A program made the translations under genes and the position numbers. Shown in pieces: positions 25,765 to 31,539 of a stretch of DNA of 31,539 nucleotides. The notes beneath the pieces are model-generated. The model saw only the letters and a list, made by a program, of their open reading frames with translations. It had not been told where the DNA came from and did no database searches. The stretch is from a virus (Duplodnaviria > Caudoviricetes), in IMG/VR virus record IMGVR_UViG_3300027887_000006, positions 1 through 31,539 of that record; one strand, 5' to 3'. The stretch's first letter is position 1; every line of letters begins with the position of its first letter.

Positions 25765-26345
25765 TATTTTGGTTCCAATCGGTAACGAATAAGAGCATCA
25801 TAAGCATAAGACGGAATATAGATGCCATTAGCGAATACCGATTGTTCAGTCTGATCATCCTTGAACTCTACCGACACCGATCCAGCGGTAAATCTCTTCA
25901 ACTCCTCTTCTGATACCGATCCCGATCCGAGTCCAGATGATTCAAGGGACTGACTCCCCCACCTGATCAGCGACTCTTTCAAGTCTTTTGGTACAGTATT
26001 CGAGGTGGTGTATTTGATCGACACATTTTGAAAACCGAAGAGAGGGGCATCATCAATCTTGACATAGTGATGGTAATTGTAATACTCATCCGATCCGAGA
26101 ATCGAGCCATCGACTTTCACCTCTTTGATTTGAGAGATGGGAATCTCTCTGACAAAAAAAGTATTGAAGCCACCATCAAAAAGCTCGGTTATATCCCCAG
26201 TGGCATCAAAAGTCCGATTGCAAAAGTTTCGAGCATATTGAGAAATCGAGGGAATGATCTGGTTATCAAGTAGAGTCCCTTGATCCGAGGTCAGTGTAAT
26301 CCCCATGTAAGATGCGACATCAGCTTTCAAAAATAGATCAGCCAT
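25764..26345 (-). CDS. Head-tail adaptor (gp6/gp15-like); probable start MADLF at 26345
   Basis: DVASYMGI, NFCNRTF and VPKDLKES motifs; the start is fixed by the late promoter. Confidence 0.8.
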   Translation of the reverse strand: MADLFLKADVASYMGITLTSDQGTLLDNQIIPSISQYARNFCNRTFDATGDITELFDGGFNTFFVREIPISQIKEVKVDGSILGSDEYYNYHHYVKIDDAPLFGFQNVSIKYTTSNTVPKDLKESLIRWGSQSLESSGLGSGSVSEEELKRFTAGSVSVEFKDDQTEQSVFANGIYIPSYAYDALIRYRLEPK

Positions 26346-26383
26346 ATATCCCCAGTATAACAAGCGAGGGATCAGGTCTTATA
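26343..26383 (-). promoter_or_regulatory. Late-type leaderless promoter
   Basis: TATAA-N19-TATACT-GGGGATAT-ATG. Confidence 0.75.
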
Positions 26384-26385
26384 TG

Positions 26386-26613
26386 TTATTTTTTCTTAGG
26401 GGATTTTTTGATCATCTTATCGACAGGGGCTTGATCGATATTCTTTTTTTCATCAGGCGATTCGACAGCCTTGATCTCCCCAGGAGTAGCCGACAATTTT
26501 TCAGCCAGTCCAGCCTTGACATACTTATCAGCCAGTTTTGATTCGAATCCAGCGACATCACCTATCTTGTAAGGTAATGAGTTTTGAGTGAATCTGATCC
26601 CGACATTTGCCAT
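26386..26613 (-). CDS. 75-aa post-capsid small protein; probable start MANVG at 26613
   Basis: RBS AGGAG; YKIGDVAGF...A..YVKAGLAE pattern common in genes following the major capsid gene. Confidence 0.7.
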   Translation of the reverse strand: MANVGIRFTQNSLPYKIGDVAGFESKLADKYVKAGLAEKLSATPGEIKAVESPDEKKNIDQAPVDKMIKKSPKKK

Positions 26614-26646
26614 ATATTGAATCTCCTGACTATTTGATATCAATCC

Positions 26647-26699
26647 TGACTCCTATTCTCTAACCCTAGTGTTATTCACCGCTAGAGAATAGAGAGTCA
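26647..26699 (-). other. Strong hairpin after the major capsid gene, followed by a TTGATATCAA box (26634-26643)
   Basis: TGACTC-CTATTCTCTA / TAGAGAATAG-A-GAGTCA inverted repeat. Confidence 0.65.
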
Positions 26700-26708
26700 A
26701 TTTTGAGC

Positions 26709-27791
26709 TTATTTGACACCACTCAAAAGGTAGAAAGATTCAGGTAAGGTCAATTGACCATCCAATCTTTCCCACATTTTCATGGCGACTTGATGATATT
26801 CGAATGCACCAGCACCTTGAGTCGTAGTCTCGACAGACATAGATTCACGATCACCGATCACATAGTAGGAGAGATCACCGAAAAAGACTTCGGATTCATC
26901 TAACCCAGTGCCGAGATTGGTGGGGATATCATTCTGTTCAAGTACAGGGCGACCCAAAATACTCGCAGGGGCATCAGTCAGACCATCAGTCCATAAGTAC
27001 CGACCAGAAAGATCGATAAGTTTTCGGACAGTCGGGAAGATTGAGTTGTTCATGATCCAGACAGCATTTCTGCGATATTGAGAGGGAAGTGCATAGAATA
27101 AATCGATCAGATCATCAGCCTTGAGACTTGCACCAGCTTGAGGGATAGAGGGTAGAGTGTAGGTTCTGATTCCCGTAGGTTCAGTAGTACCAGCACCAGC
27201 CATGAATCCAGCATCTTCTGCTTGAGCAAACTTTCTTGCCCAGAGAGAGGTCAGATAGTCCATGATATTCACAGCACTATCAGCGAATAACTCTCGAGAC
27301 ATTTTTGAAAGCCCAGTCAATTTGTTAGTGTTCAGAGTCAATGAATCGAAAGTGGGATTTGATTCGACTAGGACAGCATTTTCAGCTTTCCAGTAGGTCG
27401 TAACCGATGTAGCCTCGGCAGGTAAATCCATCTTATCTCGACTCATGGGGATCACAGTAGCTCTCGGGCGAATGACCGCCTCTTTGAGCAATTTTTCAAT
27501 GACCACAGCTCGGAACTCTTTAGGTACAAGGTAGCCACCATCAGCATCAGTGCCCTCGGATAATGCTTTCGCAGTTACGAGATCACCGAATACGATTGAC
27601 TTCATGAATGATGCGATCCTTTGAGTCTTAGTCAGACCTTTGAGAGCATCACCATTTTCATCTTCTTTTGTAGGGAAGATGCCATGTTTCCGATCAACTT
27701 TATCGAGACCCATCTCTCGGATTTTAGCATCAAACATTTCACCGAGTTTCGTCTCGAATTGTTCCATTGTCAATTCTTTTTTGTCATCCAT
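26709..27791 (-). CDS. HK97-fold major capsid protein; probable start MDDKK at 27791
   Basis: ADGGYLVPKEF, SRELFADS, GTTEPTGI, ILGRPV, FFGDLSYY and ERLDG motifs. Confidence 0.95.
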   Translation of the reverse strand: MDDKKELTMEQFETKLGEMFDAKIREMGLDKVDRKHGIFPTKEDENGDALKGLTKTQRIASFMKSIVFGDLVTAKALSEGTDADGGYLVPKEFRAVVIEKLLKEAVIRPRATVIPMSRDKMDLPAEATSVTTYWKAENAVLVESNPTFDSLTLNTNKLTGLSKMSRELFADSAVNIMDYLTSLWARKFAQAEDAGFMAGAGTTEPTGIRTYTLPSIPQAGASLKADDLIDLFYALPSQYRRNAVWIMNNSIFPTVRKLIDLSGRYLWTDGLTDAPASILGRPVLEQNDIPTNLGTGLDESEVFFGDLSYYVIGDRESMSVETTTQGAGAFEYHQVAMKMWERLDGQLTLPESFYLLSGVK

Positions 27792-27860
27792 AGATATATT
27801 TTTCAACTCCTTTCAGATTCTCTTATCAGGCAAGATGTGCGGATACTATGTCCAGATCAT

Positions 27861-29015
27861 CTATGACTTAGTGCTTTTGTAGTTTTTGAGGGCGAGACCG
27901 ATAGTCCTATCAGCCATTTTCAGCCCCTGCACTAGATCAATAACCATTTTGGTTTTTTCATCAGTTTCGACAGCTTTTTCAGCCATCACCAGCATCTCAA
28001 GATTTGAGACCAGGTCTTTGAGATTGACAATGACATCAGCCATCATCTTTCGAGTCTTAGTATCGACCACATATCTAGGTTCAGTCATGTCTTGAATCTC
28101 CTCTTTGATTTCATCAGGGAATAATTCTTTCAATTCAGATTCAGAATATGCTCTCATTTCAGGGGCATCTTTTTCAAACTCGGCATAATGTTTTGAAAGA
28201 TGAGCATAGACTCCCTCTCGGTCAGATTCAGGTAGATCGACTCCCCCTCTTGCCCCCATCAATGCACCCATGGCAGCCGATACTCCCATCCAGACAGTAT
28301 AGAGATCAGAAGCCCGATGGTGAGGTAGCTTATATGAGGATTTCACATCAGTATTTTCAGAGTCAAACCAGGTTGCCATTTCTTTGAGTTGTTCAGGAGT
28401 AGCACTAGCGATTTCTTTTGCCCCATCCCAAGCTGTTCCCTCTTCTGCGAGTGGATGAGCCTTGAACGGTACGACAGATTTCACAGTTTCATCAGCGATT
28501 TCTTTGACAGACTCAATCGATTTGACCACGCCTTTTTCATCGACATCGAATCCTTTTGATCGAAGCATGGTCAGAGCCTCGGGATTATCTGGTACAAGTA
28601 CAGCCGAATACTCGAGCAATTCCCACTGGGTAAAATCTTTCCCACCTTGATCATTTGGAGTAGCGGATTTGGGAATGAAGCCGATAGACCAGGCATTCAT
28701 GAATCCCCCCTTGTAGAGATCATAGACAGTATCAGCGAGAGGATAGACACCACGATCAGGGAATCGAACTTTTGCCATGATCCGATCATCATTGATTTCA
28801 AGCTGTTCAGTCTTAGCAATCGGTAAGCCTTGATAGTTATGATTCAGAGCGACAACAGGATTTCGGAGATAGGCTTCAATGTCAGCACCGCCAGGATCGA
28901 CTACATCATGAGACCGATCAGGATTCATAGTGGAGATGGTAACGATCAGAGATCGATCCTCATCCCCCTCTTTGGTTTCAACAGCCTCAAAAGACTTTCG
29001 AATGGTTTTTGCCAT
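27861..29015 (-). CDS. HK97-family prohead protease with an extra central domain and scaffold-like tail
   Basis: DRSHDVV, LNHNY, WSIGF and ELLEYSAVLVPDNPEA motifs. Confidence 0.92.
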   Translation of the reverse strand: MAKTIRKSFEAVETKEGDEDRSLIVTISTMNPDRSHDVVDPGGADIEAYLRNPVVALNHNYQGLPIAKTEQLEINDDRIMAKVRFPDRGVYPLADTVYDLYKGGFMNAWSIGFIPKSATPNDQGGKDFTQWELLEYSAVLVPDNPEALTMLRSKGFDVDEKGVVKSIESVKEIADETVKSVVPFKAHPLAEEGTAWDGAKEIASATPEQLKEMATWFDSENTDVKSSYKLPHHRASDLYTVWMGVSAAMGALMGARGGVDLPESDREGVYAHLSKHYAEFEKDAPEMRAYSESELKELFPDEIKEEIQDMTEPRYVVDTKTRKMMADVIVNLKDLVSNLEMLVMAEKAVETDEKTKMVIDLVQGLKMADRTIGLALKNYKSTKS

Positions 29016-29053
29016 ATACTCCTATTCTATGTAATGATTGCTAATTTCTTATA
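29013..29053 (-). promoter_or_regulatory. Late-type leaderless promoter of the protease/capsid genes
   Basis: TATAA-N19-TAGAAT-AGGAGTAT-ATG. Confidence 0.8.
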
Positions 29054-29078
29054 TATTTTCCGATTGATATCTATATAG

Positions 29079-29252
29079 TCATTCAGATAATTGTTTTCGA
29101 AAAAGAGCGAAAGCCTTGGTGGTAGTATTTTGAAACACAGCCACGAACTCCCAGCCCTGTAAGCCTTGAGTATTCAAGACAGCGGTGAGGGTGGTTTCAG
29201 TAACAGTCGAGGGATTGAATTGTATGACCTTATGATCATATTTGAGAGCCAT
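29079..29252 (-). CDS. 57-aa DUF4177-like protein (not in ORF track)
   Basis: YDHKVI...LNTQGLQGWEFVAV...FRK pattern; RBS GAAAGGA. Confidence 0.65.
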   Translation of the reverse strand: MALKYDHKVIQFNPSTVTETTLTAVLNTQGLQGWEFVAVFQNTTTKAFALFRKQLSE

Positions 29253-29265
29253 GATTTGATCCTTT

Positions 29266-29550
29266 CTATATAGGGTTATTCGTTAGTAGGTAGAGATCGT
29301 AGTGATCACCAGAGTCAATTTCTTTGACATCGACCCAAGTGAGAGGAGAAGCGATAGCCGATTTGAATTGAGCATAGGTCAATTGAGTGGTGAAAGTAGT
29401 TTCAGCGATCACCACATCCGATATTTTTTCAGTCGAGGATTGATGAGTCGAGGTATAGTCAGATAGGTCAGCATTATTTTGACTGACATTCAATCCATAT
29501 ATATGAGAGGTATTAGTGAATAGAGTGGTTTGATAGAGATATAGTGCCAT
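29266..29550 (-). CDS. 94-aa hypothetical virion-accessory protein
   Basis: Fits the tiling of the head operon. Confidence 0.7.
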   Translation of the reverse strand: MALYLYQTTLFTNTSHIYGLNVSQNNADLSDYTSTHQSSTEKISDVVIAETTFTTQLTYAQFKSAIASPLTWVDVKEIDSGDHYDLYLLTNNPI

Positions 29551-29553
29551 AGA

Positions 29554-30183
29554 TCAAGACTCCTCATACATGAATAAGAACCAGGTGAATTGTAAGTCCT
29601 GTTGAAGATTATTGGTAACTCTGACCACATATTTTGTCCCCGATTTCAAAATGATTTCATAGGGAGTGGTATAAGACGGAGAGACATAGGTTTCCCAGTC
29701 AGTATGCACCATATACGAATAGAGAGGAGTGCCGAGATTGGTAATGACAGGAGTCAAAAAGAAAGACGATGAGCAAGTATTCGAAGAGTTGCGATCATTA
29801 TTGAATGGAGTGATTGAAGAGCCATCACTTGAGGTAGTAACCCCAGCATTGAGCGACATCGAGACATAACCCGAAGCCGAGTTTCGAAGCACATTGACCG
29901 AGACATCCCGAAGCGATAATTTCACCGAAGCATGAGTCGAGATCAAAATATCATAGTTTGTATTTTTGACCAGAGTCAGCACCGATCCCGAGGTGAGCGA
30001 GTAGGCTTTCCCGATGTGAATAGCCTCATGTTCAGGAGTCAATACAGGTATTTCAACGCCAGTCCCGATCTCTGAAATCTTTGAATCGACCTTGAGCCGA
30101 TTCTCATTAGTAACATCAGCCGAATTGACCCCATCCGAGGCGAAAATAGTAACATCATCAGTCGGTTTGTTTATGTCAGCCAT
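29554..30183 (-). CDS. 209-aa beta-rich virion-accessory protein
   Basis: Ser/Thr-rich; C-terminal IILKSGTKYVVRVTN strand pattern. Confidence 0.75.
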   Translation of the reverse strand: MADINKPTDDVTIFASDGVNSADVTNENRLKVDSKISEIGTGVEIPVLTPEHEAIHIGKAYSLTSGSVLTLVKNTNYDILISTHASVKLSLRDVSVNVLRNSASGYVSMSLNAGVTTSSDGSSITPFNNDRNSSNTCSSSFFLTPVITNLGTPLYSYMVHTDWETYVSPSYTTPYEIILKSGTKYVVRVTNNLQQDLQFTWFLFMYEES

Positions 30184-30210
30184 AGTTTCAATTTTCTTTC
30201 AGGATACCAG

Positions 30211-30245
30211 TGAGAGAGCATAGACTCAATGTCTATGCCCCCCCA
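30211..30245 (-). other. Intergenic RNA hairpin (15 bp with G-U pairs on the minus strand)
   Basis: UGGGGGGGCAUAGAC-AUUGA-GUCUAUGCUCUCUCA. Confidence 0.6.
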
Positions 30246-30257
30246 TCAGGTAAGAGT

Positions 30258-30875
30258 CTATATTTCGTTGCCATTGATGAAGCCATAGACATCCGCATTG
30301 GCATTATCTTTGTTGGTAAGTATCAATAGCACTTTATCACCAGCGACCACTTCAATGGGTTGAGGGAATGTAACCTCGACAGTCCCAGAAGCGGTAGAGC
30401 AGAAAGCGACAGCCCGAGTGGTTTCCGATGAGGGAGTCCCAGCTTTCAATTCAGCCTTTCCCTTACCAGAGAAAGCACATTGAAACGCCTTGAGTTGTAG
30501 AGTTTTCCCAGTGGTAACAGTATAAGAGACCACAGTGTTCGGAGTCCCAGGTACACCAGCCGAGGCAGTCCCATATTCATGAACCTCTGCACCAGCGACA
30601 GCATCGACCACATTGACATTGATCGAACCATCACCATTGATCACCAGATCATCAGTACCATCCCAGATTTGAATCTTGGTAGCAGGGTCAAAAATGACAC
30701 TCAATTCCCCATTTGATCCGATAACTAGAGCATTAGTGCCATCGTTGAGATTGACTTGACCGATACCATTCGAATCGATAGACCATTGATTTGCCCCAGT
30801 GCTATCAGAGATCGAAGCGACCACATCAGCATTTGCCTGGGTACGAATCGGTAAACTAGAATCATAATCAGCCAT
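30258..30875 (-). CDS. 205-aa beta-rich virion-accessory protein (candidate decoration/head fibre)
   Basis: Three internal DG..L.I..DG repeats; C-terminal domain paralogous to that of the 295-aa junction protein; RBS GGGGGTGA. Confidence 0.78.
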   Translation of the reverse strand: MADYDSSLPIRTQANADVVASISDSTGANQWSIDSNGIGQVNLNDGTNALVIGSNGELSVIFDPATKIQIWDGTDDLVINGDGSINVNVVDAVAGAEVHEYGTASAGVPGTPNTVVSYTVTTGKTLQLKAFQCAFSGKGKAELKAGTPSSETTRAVAFCSTASGTVEVTFPQPIEVVAGDKVLLILTNKDNANADVYGFINGNEI

Positions 30876-30878
30876 ATA

Positions 30879-31109
30879 TTATTTTTCACCCCCTTTCAAT
30901 TTTTCAATATCCTCTATATCTTGAGGAGTCTGATCAATAGCCTCTTTGAGTGAGGCGATAGTCTCTCGGTACTTAGCATTTTGAATCTCATTTCTCATGA
31001 TCCCGATTTCAGCCGATAAGAGATGAGCCTTTTGATTGATCATTTGAAGCTCTCTCTCTTTGACTTTGATTTCATTTTCCATTGATTTGATACTAGATTT
31101 CTGATCCAT
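30879..31109 (-). CDS. 76-aa coiled-coil protein
   Basis: Fits the gene tiling; heptad pattern. Confidence 0.65.
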   Translation of the reverse strand: MDQKSSIKSMENEIKVKERELQMINQKAHLLSAEIGIMRNEIQNAKYRETIASLKEAIDQTPQDIEDIEKLKGGEK

Positions 31110-31440
31110 TGAATCCCCCTGTAAAATTATGATTGGTATTTTTTTGATTGGTTACTTTCAGCTCAATGAGATCACCAGCCCCGAGTTTTTTCCCGATATT
31201 CGAATTGACCGATGGACAAGTCCAGGCATTTCTCCCTGACCAGATAGCGGTTGAATTGACATAGAGAATCCAGATTCCATCAGTCCCAGCTTGACCATAG
31301 ACCGATTCGAGAGTGAATGACTTAGCAATAGGGACAGTGTAAGCGGTGATCAGAGTTTCAGTCGAGGGTGATCCAGTGATCGATCCATAGAATTGTTTGA
31401 CAGCCCCGACAGTGCCGGGGGAGATCGATCCGAGAGCATT
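31093..31440 (-). CDS. 3' part of the 295-aa junction-spanning protein (begins at 540)
   Basis: In frame with 540..1 across the terminal overlap; the GTG at 31497 is an internal Val codon. Confidence 0.85.
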   Translation of the reverse strand, partial: NALGSISPGTVGAVKQFYGSITGSPSTETLITAYTVPIAKSFTLESVYGQAGTDGIWILYVNSTAIWSGRNAWTCPSVNSNIGKKLGAGDLIELKVTNQKNTNHNFTGGFNGSEI

Positions 31441-31539
31441 GAGAATAGCGGTGAGAATATCCTTAGTCTCTTGATCGACAGTCCCAGCATAGACCACCTG
31501 TTTGAGATCATTGATAGCCTTGATGAACTTAGTCCCATC
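31441..31539. repeat. Terminal direct repeat, copy 2
   Basis: Identical to 1-99. Confidence 0.95.

Noticed and set aside
2804-29053. TATAA elements read as archaeal TATA boxes
   Set aside because: Each has a bacterial-type -10 at fixed spacing, and the genome encodes a peptidoglycan muramidase and TTGACA-type promoters.
771-29078. All plus-strand ORFs in the track
   Set aside because: They are short, mostly antisense to well-supported genes, lack recognisable motifs, and have the I/D/R/S-rich composition expected from GATC/TCGA-rich DNA.
1-31539. CRISPR array, tRNA, DGR/reverse transcriptase, intron or stop-codon reassignment
   Set aside because: I saw no repeat-spacer array, cloverleaf, RT motif or template/variable repeat pair. 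Core genes are full length in code 11 and use TAA, TAG and TGA as stops.

Overview
The window is a complete, circularly closed genome of a small HK97-type tailed phage (siphovirus-like). Bases 1-99 equal 31441-31539, giving a unit length of 31,440 bp. Every credible gene is on the minus strand. Read in that direction, the order is: HNH and Zn-finger genes; an early/recombination block (ERF annealase, Hjc-like resolvase, MerR-like and sigma-region-4-like HTH proteins); ParB-like protein plus a TAGT/GREB1-type glycosyltransferase; TerS; TerL; portal-MuF fusion; six inserted virion-accessory genes; prohead protease; major capsid; neck; tail tube; frameshifted chaperone; tape measure; tail tip and fibre genes; and a GH25 lysis module. 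I recognise no integrase, polymerase, helicase, primase or replication initiator. The most notable signals are non-coding. (1) Six exactly spaced leaderless structural-gene promoters, TATAA-N19-TAGAAT-like-N8-ATG, with a non-canonical -35. (2) Six intergenic TTGATATCAA palindromes, three at an identical position inside sigma70-type promoters. (3) A strand-polarised octamer, TGCCGGGG (8 copies), that holds every CCGG I could find in a genome that otherwise avoids most 4-bp palindromes but is rich in GATC and TCGA. (4) A candidate two-promoter hairpin RNA switch ahead of the HNH gene. All motif counts come from reading by eye. The host is unknown; a CPR/Patescibacteria-like bacterium is only an inference.
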